DNA of 27,984 nucleotides, from the NCBI GenBank assembly GCA_051047955.1, contig JBPGPT010000051.1:62001-89984 (forward strand), read 5' to 3'. Under the pieces are notes generated by a model. The model searched no databases. It saw nothing but the letters and a program-made list of their open reading frames with translations, and had not been told where the DNA came from. Of the stretch, positions 1-12,270 are shown one piece after another. Each line of letters starts with the position of its first letter. Within the stretch, counting starts at the first letter, position 1. Source of the stretch: Cystobasidiomycetes sp. EMM_F5 (lineage: Eukaryota). A program made the translations under genes and the position numbers.

Positions 1-1146
1 GGATACCTAAGTTATGTGTTAATTCGACGACCAGTATGATCTCGCGGCGGTCCAAGGCCCATCTGTGCGCCTTATTTGGGGGCCCAATCGCGAAGGATTT
101 GAGGCGTACCTGCACGGCATCGATAGCATGTACGACTCTACGAAAGCTTTTACGCAGGCTGGCTACCTGATGATGTTGGATGGGCTGCCCACTAAGTGAC
201 TCGTCTGACGACGCTGGCACATTTGATCGCAATATTGCAGGATCGATGTCGGTCACCCGAGACAGATGGTCGATACCGCTGAGAACTGACGAGGCGGCTG
301 ATGCGACGGGCAAGTACGCCGAGGATTTACCTCGGATCGGAGGTTCCCGAAATGACACGTCGTTGCTTGCTAATTCATCTCGCCCTGCTGCGCGCAGCGT
401 TACATCCGACCGCTCTGATGTCTCACTGGCAGCATAGTGTGTCAGGGTACAAGTGATCGCAAGCGGCATAGAGACAAAAATTGATTGACGCCAACCTGTA
501 AGTTCGGTTCAGATTGAGGATGCACAGCTCTCGATATAAGCAACGTACCCAGCGCTTTTATTCTCAAAGAGTATACGCAATGCACGAGATTGTCTGTTCC
601 TGCCTGAGCTTGCATCCAGCGCCGGTCGTCTCCATGACTGCCGAAAGTTACATCTGCCAAGATTGTACTTGGAACCAGATTTACATAAGGGTCTACTGTT
701 TCTTCGGATGGACGTGACGGTAGGGGCGTGGGTGTGTGAGGGAATCCGGGCGTCTGTGCCCCTGGACCGTCACGATTCGCAAGTATCGGCGAAGCTGTTC
801 CACTCTCCCTTGTCGAGATAGCAAGGTATGGTTTGCGGTATGCCAGCGGTATGTCAGCAACGTTTGAGTTGTCGCTTTCAAGACAGCGCAATTCTGCTGT
901 AACAGAAGTCGTTCCTTGGTCGAATAAGCGGACGGCTTCATTCAGAGTCACCTCAGATGTAAGAGAAATAGACACTTGAACGTATATTTCCACATCTTCG
1001 TCGAAGACAAGCGTTTGCCGCTGTTCGCCATGCAGTCGTGCCAGCAGAGCCTTTATATCTAGACTTCTTCGCTCAACATCGGTCAGTCGGTGCAAGGGGA
1101 GCAGTATGTCTATGCGGCATGATTTGAAGGCCTGCTCCAGCGTCAT
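1..1146 (-). CDS. TRS65: TRAPP II complex subunit Trs65-like protein, 5' part (3' end runs off the window)
   Basis: ATG at 1146 (MTLEQAFKSCRIDILLP...). An intron GTACGT...TACAG lies near 498-548, after which an open frame continues to the window edge: ...LRKSFRRVVHAIDAVQVRLKSFAIG...RREIILVVELTHN. This resembles my recollection of the basidiomycete Trs65 'RKSFRK...RVRMRT...VVLCVEVEN' block. Confidence 0.6.
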
Positions 1147-1326
1147 ACATTCATGCACAGCGTGGTGAATGAGACAAGGTGGACTGAGACAAAGGTCTTC
1201 AACCAGGACGAGCGATGGCCACACGAGTGATCAAATGACAGCAGCAACGACTGCTAGTTCACATTTACTCGGCCCTTAGTCTGCTTTGATACAACAACAT
1301 GTCAACAGCTTTTGTGAGACAAGCTG

Positions 1327-2158
1327 TCAGTAGCTCATGTGATCACTACTGCCTTCGCCGTGAAACATATAGTCGTATTTGTGGGAGTAGATTACGACAG
1401 CCTCAACCATAGCGAAATCTGCACAGGATCGCTGACGTGAGATCCAGTCCAGCGTGATAGTTTAGGAAATCCACCGACCAATATTATCTCCCAAATTGTG
1501 GCTCGTGAGCTCGGCCATTGTGGTGTCGCCCGTGACGCGTCCGATAACCTACAGACCAGCCAAGTCAGTCATCATTTGACGCGACGATCTAAGAGAAAAC
1601 ATTAAAAACAGACCTCAACGTATGCGTCCGAGAAATTGGAGTCCTGGAGAAACGCAAATCAGACAGGATGTCTGTGCCCATTACATGAGAAGTATGCTAG
1701 ACGGACGCGGTTCAGCTTGACAATAACCTTTGTGGAAGGACAAGTCAGCTCCTGCCATTTGAACCTCTCAGTTTGCGTTGTCCCACCTGTCCGGCGTCAG
1801 ATGTTTCAACAATTGCAGATTCGCCTTCGAGCTGAGGACAGCAGCGTAGCCATGCATCAATTCGTGGCAGATCAGCCACTGAAGTTGAGGCTCACTTTGA
1901 GGACTTTCCCTATCAGTCGGACTGTTCTGCCATCTGTGGGGTGATTGTGAATACAATCAGCTGAATATCAACGAGACCGTCAGAGAACAGTCTGTGCGAA
2001 GCAGCCAGCGAGTCCATAACATAGTAAGCTTGACCTCGCATGCCAGGCGCACCGTTATGGTGGAGTGCTGCATCGACGGGCAAATACCGTAGGAAGATGT
2101 ATGACCCACGATAGTTAGGCAACAGTGCCGAGTTTACGCGCGGCATCTTTATGCTCAT
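1327..2158 (-). CDS. RFA3: Replication protein A 14 kDa subunit (RPA3/Ssb3), 6 exons
   Basis: Manual splicing gives MSIKMPRVNSALLPNYH|GRTVRLIGKVLK|LEGESAIVETSDAGQ|VIVKLNR|DSNFSDAYVE|VIGRVTGDTTMAELTSHNLGDNI|DFAMVEAVVIYSHKYDYMFHGEGSSDHMSY*, with the PRVN, TVRLIGKV and YVEVIG motifs of the RPA14 OB fold. The reconstruction has 7 coding segments, all joined by GT-AG introns; TGA at 1329-1327. Confidence 0.9.
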
Positions 2159-2287
2159 TGTATAGCCTGTTATCGGACGTCCCTCGGACAGACACTCGTT
2201 TATTCTTGTTTGGATAGTTGGTTAATCGAAATCAGAAGGCGCACCTCATCGACGCGCATACAGCATATACCGCAAAAGAGGTGCCTA

Positions 2288-3734
2288 TCATGGTAGAATT
2301 GTACGCAGTAGACTAGCAACAACAGCTCCCACCATCGCGCAACCTGCGCCAATGTATAACATATCGCGCTGACTATACGTATCTCCCGCAGGCGAGGCTA
2401 GGTCAGGGTCGACAGCGCTCGCTATGGGTTTAGCAGGACCGGGAACCGGTGCGGCCGGAGCGACGGCCTGTTTCGATACATCCAACCAGGATGTATCCAA
2501 TACGAATTTGGCGTTTTCGACGCTCCTCGCTTGCGTCGCAGGGTCCACGGCCTTATGACTGCCAACGTTCAGCACAGCCAGCTGTAGCTGATCCATGTGC
2601 GACTTAAGCAGTGTGTCTCTGCCATCATCTCTTGCGGTTATTCTCGCTTCCACCTCTCGCACAATCTTCCTTCTCTTGTATGGCTCAAACAAAAGCAAAG
2701 CCACCAGAAAGACAAGCACATTTGCAGCCGTAATCGCCAGTGATCCATAGGTTGAAAGCGACCGAATCTTATCCGACCATACCTGCTCTTCGTGGTATCT
2801 GGCCAATATCGTCCTCATGAGCGCGTTCATGCACTTCTCCACAGTCTCTTCAGCCGCAAAGACCGCAGCTTTTGCATCCTTCTCTCGTTGCTCGTTCGCG
2901 TGATCAGATCGTACAAGAATTGTGAAGCGTGCGACATCGGCCTCGGTCCATGATGCTTTGCGGGATAGCAAATCGTTTACCTCGCGCTAAGTGCCACATC
3001 GTAGACATTGTTTAGGAGGCAAGTCAGCAGAGGTATAGGAGCACAAGCAGTGTCATACATACACTCGAATTCATTCTCTCCGCGAGGGCAAGCGCGTGAT
3101 CATCTTTTGCGAGCTTTGCTTTGCTTCTAGAAAGGTGTAGTTCCTCCTCGCGGTCCGCAACTTGCTTCTTCAGCCCCTCAATTTGGCCATAGCCAGTCAC
3201 TTCGTTCAGCTTTGCTCCAGCAGCGGCTAGGCGAGCATTCAGTCCCGAAGAAGAGAAGAGAACGGTTTGTGATGTTAATCCGATATTTGATAATTGTGCT
3301 AAAAGGGACCGCGCTTGGATTCTCATTGCCGTGAGTGATGATTGAATAGACTTTGTGCTGGTGGTGAAGGATCTGAGCACCGGTCTTGCATCCATGCCCG
3401 CTGGAATGGTCGCTCGGGTTCCCACATAATGCGGCCGGCAGTTGTTTGGCTTGTATAATATACCCGTTTCCATCGGGTTTGGCCGCAGTTCCTTGACAGA
3501 ACGTATTCGTGAGGTTTTGAAACGCGAAGGATGAGGAACTTCGTGACCATGTGGCTCTTCCAGTCTGAGAACCGGCGACTGTGAGCATGATGGTCGGATC
3601 AAGTTCAGCGGCCTCCTGATACGGCTACACTCTGCATGCCATGATGTACTGTGAGCAATGCGGACCGAGCGCGCAGAGGTGGAAGCAGTTTGCATATGCA
3701 GGTGAAACGAAGACGAAGCCCAGGTTGACCTCAT
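2288..3734 (-). CDS. SHE9: She9/Mdm33 mitochondrial inner-membrane coiled-coil protein
   Basis: Motifs KLNEVTGYGQIEGLK, REVNDLLSRKASW and RYHEEQVWSDKIRSLSTYGS...LLFEPYKRRK, plus a C-terminal hydrophobic segment. One intron GTATGT...CTTAG at about 2987-3062. Start codon uncertain (3734 or a downstream ATG). Confidence 0.9.
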
Positions 3735-3885
3735 TACCGCGACACACATACGCGATCACGAACACGAGAGGAGAGTCACAGGCTGAGTGCTAGCTGCGTC
3801 GACAATCAAACACTAAACAGCTGAGTACGAGAACGCGGCCCTCTTGCAATTTCGTCCACATCTACGAGCCGTGCGCACTCATATC

Positions 3886-5478
3886 ATGAAACTCGATGCC
3901 GAAGTCCCTGCGTCGTTCCCGAGAAAGTCAGCACAGCTTAGCAATGGTCACAAGTACGAATACATCGATGCCTGGCCAGACCATACTCGCCAATCGTCAC
4001 CCGTCAATACCGTGCTTTTACTGCATGGCTTTCCCGATTCTGCGAAAGTGATGCAACAAGGTGGACAGGATCCTAGGCTAATGCCGACTTTCTCATCCAG
4101 ATATGGGTATCGTTATGCTATCGTCGCGTTGGTTGCTGCTGGATTCCGATGCATCGCTCCATGGCAGCTCGGCTATTGGCCGTCGTCACAGCCGGATGCG
4201 ATAGAAGCTTATGGGTTCCGCAGTCTGAGCAGTGATATCGACGAGCTACTGACAATGGCGAATGTGAAGCGCAAGATTCTCTTGGTTGGCCATGACTGGT
4301 GTGTACGGGCGAACTAAAAGGTGCAAACCACTCTCCTGCAACTCTTGTTTGTGTGAAGGGGTGGACATCATGCATGGCGATTCGCAGCCTACTTTCCACA
4401 CAGAGTAGAGGCAATTGCAGTGTTAGTAACAAGCTTCCTGGTTGTCGACCCATGAGAATCCCTCGGATCAGTATAATGCATTGCAGATTCTGCACTCCGT
4501 ACACTCCTCCCGCTGCCGCCGGGACAGTCTTCATGGACACGAAGACTCTCGTAGACAATGGATTGAAGAACTTTGGTTACCAAGTAAGTCTTTTGCGCAG
4601 AATCGATACTGCATTGTGCATCTCATCGACACTCTTACTTTCTCAGCTGTTCTTCGGTTCGGATAGCGGAAGCGAACTCCTCTACAACAACGTGAGTTCC
4701 GTGACTTATCGAGTTGGTCCTGAGATGCTCAGAGTGTCCGTCAGCTGGATGTCTTCCTGGTCACATCGTTTGCAAAACGCAGGTCTGTTCCGTCAAGTAC
4801 CGACGGTGACGACAAGGATCTGATACAGCCGTCTGAGAGCAATCGACCTGCGATGGAACCGTGGTCGTATCCCGGCGTTCTCGAGGCCAAGTATCGTCAA
4901 TTTGAGAAAATGAGGAAGGCCGGGAAAATCGCGGTTCACATCCCGTCTGAAATCGAAGATCCAGTAGGCTGTGTATTATGTGTCTCGCTTGAATGCATCA
5001 AGCTTACGCGGTACGCAGGAACTTCACGTCTACCTCGACAGTTTCCGGCGGGGTGGTATAAAACACCCTCTGAATTATTATCGCAATCGTCGGGTCTGCT
5101 ACGATGAGGAGATTGGTAGCTTCGTCACCCTGCAATCATGGCAAGCAGTAGTGTTGATATTTGCTTCGACTGATAGACGCAGACCTGTCGCCGCAATTCC
5201 CTGCCTCAATTCCGGCGCTCTTTGTTACTGGAACGAATGATGCTGCTTTACCAACTTCCATGTCGGATCGATGTGGCCGCTTCTTCCAAAAAAATCAATA
5301 CACCCGTGTGATACTGCAAGATGCTACGCACTGGCTGCTGCAAGTGAGTCATGACAAATCGCTTCTCGCAAGCACTCCATCCTTACTGATGCGGTTGCAG
5401 GATTCGTCGCATCGCGACAAAGTATCTGCCATACTGAGTGCATGGGCGTGGGATAACAGCAGAAGCGCAAGGTTATAG
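3886..5478 (+). CDS. Alpha/beta-hydrolase, soluble epoxide hydrolase-like, multi-exon; C-terminal ARL (PTS1-like)
   Basis: HGFP oxyanion motif; spliced nucleophile motif GHDW|GG; FGYQ and PLNYYRN tyrosines; DAAL acid; ATHWLLQ histidine. Ends ...NSRSARL* at 5478. Confidence 0.85.
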
Positions 5479-5642
5479 GTCACTACCCGTATCACCGAGC
5501 AGTGATATGAAGAACTCCAGCGGCATACTCGTAGCAACAACAGTGGAGACTGCTATAAAGCGCGATTGACGAAATTGAAACACTGGCTTTTGGAACACGA
5601 CTGAGAAAAGCACTATATAGCGGCAGAGATAGGGAGCGCAAC

Positions 5643-8043
5643 TCAACACCTCGTATCTCCCCAAGCGCTGTCAACAGTGGTGGCACTACTGATTGTTGTA
5701 GCACTGCTGGCAGTTCTTGACCCCCAAGAACTTGTCCCTGCAGATGAATAACTGTTTTGACTTGGAGCCAGTGATGGGCGCGGTCGAAAACTTGGCTTAG
5801 CACCTGCTTTCGTTGACTGTAGCAGAGTCAAACTTGGCAGAGGAGGTGCAAACAGTGTCTGTCCCGCTGATGTTTGATTTGCCAATGAATTTGCTGACCG
5901 CCCAAACCCGAAATGGTTTACAGTCGGTGCGGGACCTGTCATTTGAGCTCGCAAAGGGGCGATGTTAATGCCTTGAGAGTCCGGGCCAGCTAAGCGGGGG
6001 ATCGAAGAGTGGGGATGACCTTGTGCCGACTGCACCAACATCAAATTGCGCACTCGAGAGGCTTGGGAAAATGAAATGGGACACGGTGTCATCGGTAACG
6101 CGGAGGCATGAGATATTGCGGAAGATCCCGTAAGCGTAGGTTGTTGAAAGGGGGCTGGCATAGCTGACTGTGTCGAGTTCGTTCGAGGCCGTTTAATTGT
6201 CGATGAAGCGGGGTCGGCTGCGGGGCCTCCGCACACACCTAGCGGACGTTTCGCTGACAGCGGTAGCGGACGACTACCTGGTAAATTGGTGACACTGCCG
6301 TGCCGGGTTCTCGACTGTGAGGAACGCATCAGACAAATTCGGACGCGTATCTGTATAAACAAGCAAGACAGCACTGACTTTGTTCACAGACGCCTTTGCA
6401 TCTTCGACATTCAGGCGAGCAGTCAAGTCTTCGATAAATCGCGAGCCGTTCACCATGAAAGCCTGGTTGTGCTGAGCCTCCCACGCTGGTATCAGCGCCA
6501 ACAACTCTTGCTCTAACTGTGGAGAGGATTAGTCATCTCTCCATGCTCAAATCGAACAAACTACCTACTTTCGGTTTGTCCTTTGCTACACGCTTGCGAG
6601 TCTTCTCTTCACGCAGTAAGCGACCAGGATCCCGCCTCTGTCCCTTAGCGGTCAGCCGTGACGGGTCGTTGGCATTCGCTTCCAACTGCTGCATCTCATC
6701 TAGAAGCTCAAAATAGCGAGACAAGTGCCTGAGTATGGGTTCCTTGGATTGCTTTTCCTCCACGAGACGTTTTCTCTCCAGTTCGTGCGCGATGAGTATA
6801 TCTTCGCTTGCAGATTCGGCTTGCATGAGGGGAAACCGAGCTCGATCGGTGTCCGCATAGAAGAGTTCTTCCCACAAAGCGATTATTTCTTGCTGCTCGT
6901 TTTGTATGAAAATACCCATGTGTTCGGCCTTGACGTCGAGCATTCGGCACAGCTCGGCGCGGTACTGCTCGTTCACGCAAAGAATGTCAGCTCAGCTGCC
7001 TTGATACAGCTGTGTGATAGGGAGCCGCGTACAGCATCAATGCACTTCTGCTCAGTACCCTTCCACATCTCGACGAACTCGTCAGCATCATCCTCAGAAA
7101 CACCTAGACGTGTCCAGAGTAGGTAGAGCTCGTCGTATATCGTCTGTATCTGCAGCATGCGCTTATCTCGCTCTGCTTCCAGCTCCGATTTGTAATTTTC
7201 CAGGCGATCTGTGTCTGCGCGACTTGCTGTCAATTTCGGCGTACTACTTTCACAGCCTGGCATGCCGAGACCAAGAGCAATGAGTATTTGATGGTCAAGG
7301 TCATCCGCTCGACTCGCGGTAGCGGTCACTAGCACGGGCCCGTTCGAAGTGGATTGAGATGAGCGCGAGCTGGGGACAAGTCCTAGCTCGTTCCACAGGT
7401 CGAGAATTTCCCGCAGCAAAGACTGCAACAACTCCTCTCGATGTCGCTGAACGAACAATGCAGGAGTCAACATCGACAACATTATTGGATGTAGATACGG
7501 AGAACTCACTACCTCATTCTCGCATTTCGTAATAGCCTTCTCCAGATTAGCTAGAGTCTGTAGATCGAGAGGCTGCTCGCTTCCTGGAAGTATGGCTTGG
7601 GCATTGGTAGGCGTGTCATGCGCATAACTTGCTCCTCCAAAGCCTTGTCCCACGACGGCTTCAAGAGCCAATAAGCGATCTGAAAGGGCTGCTATAGCCT
7701 TTTGCCGTTTCTGCACAACCTTCTCCGTAACTTGTGCCTCCTTTTCTAACCGGACTCGTGTTTGCAGCAGTGTTTCACCATCTGTTGCACAGCTCGCGCG
7801 TCCTTCGCCTAGCCTGCGTCGATTCCGCTCAATGTCGGACCGCAGCTCCTCCACTCGTCTCTGAACATCGGCAACTTCTTGTTCGGCTGCAGTTCGCTGG
7901 CGCTGTATCGTCCCTATAAGCGCCTGGTGTAGTTCGTCCAGCTTGACCGTGACTACAGCGCGATCGGCTCCCAACGAGCGGTACAATCCTTCTAAAGCCA
8001 GAGCATGGTTTTCCAGCAGCGAGCTGAGCGTAGACAGATCCAT
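5643..8043 (-). CDS. ASE1: Ase1/PRC1/MAP65 spindle midzone microtubule-bundling protein
   Basis: Coiled-coil N-terminus; EIIALWEELFY; LEANANDPSRLTAKGQRRDPGRLLREEKTRKRV signature; WEAQHNQAFMVNGSRF; disordered S/P-rich tail. Several introns; exact 3' end uncertain. Confidence 0.88.
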
Positions 8044-8433
8044 GTGCAATGTCAGCCTGCGGCGGAGCTGTTGATGCCCGCATCCGACTCTGTCGGCATC
8101 CAGGCGAGAGTGATGCGAGAGAAGCGCTTGTACCTGCTGGGCTGGGGGGAAAAGTAAACATTGATCACGTGTTCCGCAATTCCGGCGCGAGACTTAAGTT
8201 AAGTAAGCTGCGCTGGCCATGAGCTGTCGTGCGCCTTTATACGTGCACGTCACAGTCATGCATATACGCGATACATACTTGCATTCGTGTCAGGTCCTAC
8301 CTGCAGGTTACACTGCACAGTCTCCATCTAAACAAGCTCAACAACATCCTTATGCAGGTACGGATTAGCAATGCTTATCGATTGTTAACTGCTACCAGGT
8401 CGGCTCAACGACTTCTCCGCCCAGATGTCTGCA

Positions 8434-9369
8434 TCATGCTGTCTTCTTGAATGGCGACGATTTTCTGTACTCCGTCCATGTTAATGGAGGATCAATTATG
8501 CCCAACTCTGCGCGCAGTTCAGCAACCTGCATATCCCATCTGTCTTCCCAACGAATGCCTATAACGGGCTTTGCAGCGCTGCCGCATCGCAACGCCCAGG
8601 GCAGGTACGTGTTGACGAGGCGTCGACGAGGACCGCTCCTCAATCGAAGAGGACCGAAAATGGAGGACAGCATAGCGACTGGCATGCCCATGTTTGCCAA
8701 CTCGAACCACTTGACAACCAATTCCGCGCTGACGCTGACTGGGAAGCCTAAAATTACGTGGTAAAAATCGTGACACTCGCGATAGCGTTGCATAATGTAC
8801 GCCAGTTCGGGATCGTCAATGTATCGCACCTAAAGACAGTCCGATCAGCATGTTTCTACGATGCTGGTACAGAGGCAGCTCACAGGATCCCTTGTATCAG
8901 GGCTTACTCCGCATTTGTCGAGCCAGTCTACATATGCTCTTCCGAATGTACCGTCTGCCAAATTCCGCAGCTTTGCAACGTCGATGGTTTCGCTTCGTAA
9001 GCGGGGTCGTTCAATTAGTAGCCTGCGACCTTCTTCGTCTCCTTTCAGCAATGTCTCGCGTATAGCAGGCAGTCGGCGACCGGCGGTCGTTTCCCCCAAT
9101 ACAGCCACCATGTCGTGACGATGTGGATCTACTAACGAGGTGACGGCAGATCCTATGGCAAGGAGACCGCGTTGAAATGCGTTAATTGAGACATGCCCTG
9201 GGTAAGCTGGCGCATGGACGGTGCTTGAACCGTAGCTTCGCGACCGAAGGCTGGATGCCGATTCAGGTCTCGTATGTGTGGACTGCATAGAGCTGGCGAG
9301 AGGACGTATAAAGAGTAGCCGGTTGATGTGAGAACAATTGCATAATGTTTTGGCTGCGTTTGTTGGCAT
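8434..9369 (-). CDS. COQ4: Ubiquinone biosynthesis protein Coq4
   Basis: DPHRHDMVAVLGETT, TFGRAY...VSPDTRDP|VRYIDDPELAYIMQRYRECHDFYH (HDxxH metal motif) and KWFE. One intron at about 8830-8885. Start codon uncertain. Confidence 0.93.
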
Positions 9370-9994
9370 GATGATCCGGACGGAGCAGGTTGCTCCAGAG
9401 GCAAGCGGTTGCGATTTCAAGCTCGCGGAAAATCAACACGTCAAGGTCGATACCTTCCCCAAAATATGCTGTAGTCATCTATGTGCACTTTGTTCATACA
9501 CACGACCTTTTGTCATTTGACTACACTACGTACATTCGCTTACTTTGCCCATACCCGCCAAACGCATACATTCGAACTGCGTTCCAAGTGTCACAATAGT
9601 CGAACAGTATTTCGAAACTCGAGCGATCTAACACATTCCACCAATCTTGCTGCCGAAAGAATCGATCTGTACTTCCTCAATCGAATAAGTATCCTTCTCG
9701 AGAGTGAGCAGGAGCGTCTTCCCGGACGAGGCAAGCGTGGTGGATGATGATCGAGTGCCGCGGAGCGTAATCCGGCCTGATGCTGTTGAATCGGTTAAAC
9801 AAGTGCTCCGCTGCCTGTCCTGTCGCGAACGATCAGCAGATCCAAACCGACAGCCAATGTACATTACCCACTGGATATCTCCAGCCACGATATGGTCATC
9901 AGCCGGAATATTGAGCAAGCTCGCTTTGGGATGCGAGCATCCCGGTTTCGATGAGTGATCTCTGCCGCCAGCTTCTGCCACTTTGGAGACTCAG

Positions 9995-12270
9995 CTATCG
10001 AAAGCCCAGACGCGGCAGGTTATGCCCTGTCAGTAGCTTCAATTCCAGCTCTGCAAGACAGACTTGAAGCTGGTTCTCCTTGACAGCTGCCCAGCCCTTC
10101 CGTCCTAATGACCATTCTGCCTGAAAGCCATTGGTTCTTTCTGTTATGTTTCTCGACAAATCCAGTATGACTCCGCCCGAGGGGCATGCAGCGGCGTGCC
10201 ACAACACTTGTCGATCGATTTTGCTTGCTTTTGAATCTTCTAAGACCATGGCGATTATGACGGTGAGATTTGATGTTGATAACCCGTTGCGTCCGTCCCA
10301 TTCCTCTATGGTTAGACCGTGACAATCCGGGTTGTTTTCCACATCGCCAAAACTGCAATTATGTATGTAGATGTGACCAAAGCCCAGTAAGTGCAGAGCC
10401 CAGATGGCTTCCCGCACCATATGACCGTGCAGCCTGAAAAGTAAAGCTCTGCTCATGACATTAGGCGCATTGACGGGTGACAGGTTTGCTGAAATTGCGT
10501 TGGCCATTGCCGCAGGAAGTAGGTTGTCATATAGCTTAGGATCGGCCCTGCAAATAGTATATCGACCCACGTACGACGCGGCTGGAGATACTTGACGCGG
10601 TTGGATGCCTGTAGTGCCTCCGCTGATCAGAGCTCCGCACGACAGCGAGTCCGACAGCCAGGACTCGTCATCAAGTGCACTATAGCTAATTGGCAAGTCT
10701 AGGGTGGATAACGCTTCTTGGATGTAACGCGGATCACGAAAAATCGTCTCGTTGTCATTGGTAGAAGTAATCGCTGGAAGTATGATGTTCCGTTGGACAT
10801 TAATGCCGGATGAATATAGTATGGCTTGGGCTTCGCGATACGAAATATGAGAGTGGGTCAAAACATCTGACAGAGCCCCGTGAGAAATGGGGGTGAAGTT
10901 CCAGTTTACGAGTACCGACATCCGACTGTGAAGCCCGCCGGCCAGTATAGATAAAGGCTTGTCGGCCTGGCCAAGTTGTAGGAGCACACTACTTAGTGAC
11001 ATGTAGGAAGCAGGCTGTGCGTGCTCAATCTCAATCCTGACCATGTCTGCGCCGCTCTCCACAGCACTGGCGTATAAGCGGGAGATAGTATTGGGTGTGC
11101 ACGTCGAGTCGTCCAGATACAGGCAGTAAAGTAGACGAAGACTTTTCGGCTTGGCAGCACGTATGAAAGCCAGACTATCAGGCGATATGTTCGCATCAAT
11201 GGCCAGATAATCTACTCCAAAGCGAAAGGCATCGAGAATCCGATTGACGTATGCGGCTTCCCTGTTTTCATCGTAATACGTCGTTCTTCCGAAAAGGGAC
11301 GACTTCAGGTTGCAGATCAACGGCAGACGAGAATGTCGACGAAGATAGGCAACGCCCAGAGCTGCAGTCAGATGATCTGCGGCAGTGGTACTTAGACCCG
11401 GAGTGGGTGGCGGTGAAAATCCAGAGAAACCGGCGAGACAGTCGAGGTATAACTCGATGACACTGGCGCCTGTGGTAGCGTCGGCTAGGACCTCTGGCGG
11501 CAACAAGTACGGCCGGGGCAGCTGGATCATTGTAGCATACGATCGGTGACGATGATCGATGCAGTGTTCAGGTAAATGCCCCAGCACATGTCGCAGAAAG
11601 CAAAGAAAGTCCCGCTCCACCGGCTTTAGCACCAATTGGCTGGGCGGGTACGCATGTCCGTCTTGACCGTCAGCACCATCAACGGAGATATTGATGTATG
11701 TATGACTGGCGACCTCGTTGTAATATGGCGTTCTGATATGCCAAACTACACAATGCATAGTGTTGATGTGTGGAATGCGTCAGCTCTGATAGACGTAAAG
11801 TGTAAAGCAGGCTCACGCTCTCGCACTCTCGATTCATCCATCCCGAAGACGATGCTAGTCGATGCTCGAAGTTCTGGAACGACGGTCTGTTTATCGCGGT
11901 GAATGTGAATGACCTTCCCGCCAGACTGGGAAAAGGCCTTAATGAGTTGACGGTTGTCCTCACGGTCGCATATTCCACCACCACATGCCACCACATATCT
12001 TTGCGCAGAGCGCGCCGCTGCATCATCCTTCGGAGGAATTGGCGATATCACGTTTACTAGTAAGTCATGTTCCAGTCGGTGAAAATCTTCCGCACCATGC
12101 AGCCGAATATAGTCAACGACAGACATGTTGAAACGGCGCGCAAGAGTCCGGTCAAGATCAAGTAGAGGCCATCCCAGTGCAGTCGCCGCGATGACAGCTA
12201 GAGTCGATTTGCCCACACCTGGCATGCCAATAATCAGAATGCTGTGGTTCATGTCGCTTTCCCACATCAT
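9995..12270 (-). CDS. qutR: Quinate-pathway repressor QutR/QA-1S-like: shikimate kinase-like + type I dehydroquinase-like + shikimate dehydrogenase-like domains (degenerate AROM C-terminal half)
   Basis: SILIIGMPGVGKSTLAVIAATALG P-loop and VVACGGG. Intron 11816-11746 (GTGAGC...GCTGAC...TGTAG) joins RVREL|WHIRTPYY. QutR-type blocks LKPVERDFLCFL, LRRHSRLPLI, EAQAILYSS, LSPVNA and ELKLLTG. Catalytic motifs of the last two domains are lost. Confidence 0.85.

Noticed and set aside
9700..9782. snoRNA/U3-like words (GAGTGAG, ATGATGA, CTGA)
   Set aside because: C-to-D spacing is under 40 nt, with no terminal stem, no U3 box A and no rRNA-complementary guide that I could identify.
9628..9981. 117-aa minus ORF and overlapping 84-aa plus ORF between COQ4 and qutR
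   Set aside because: Non-ATG starts and no recognisable motifs; probably qutR 3' UTR and COQ4 promoter, although a small gene cannot be excluded.
9995..12270. Truncated or pseudogenised AROM (ARO1)
   Set aside because: No DHQ synthase or EPSP synthase domains upstream; the frame is intact; QutR-type blocks (LKxxERxFL, LSPxNA) and adjacency to a Zn2Cys6 gene favour a repressor.
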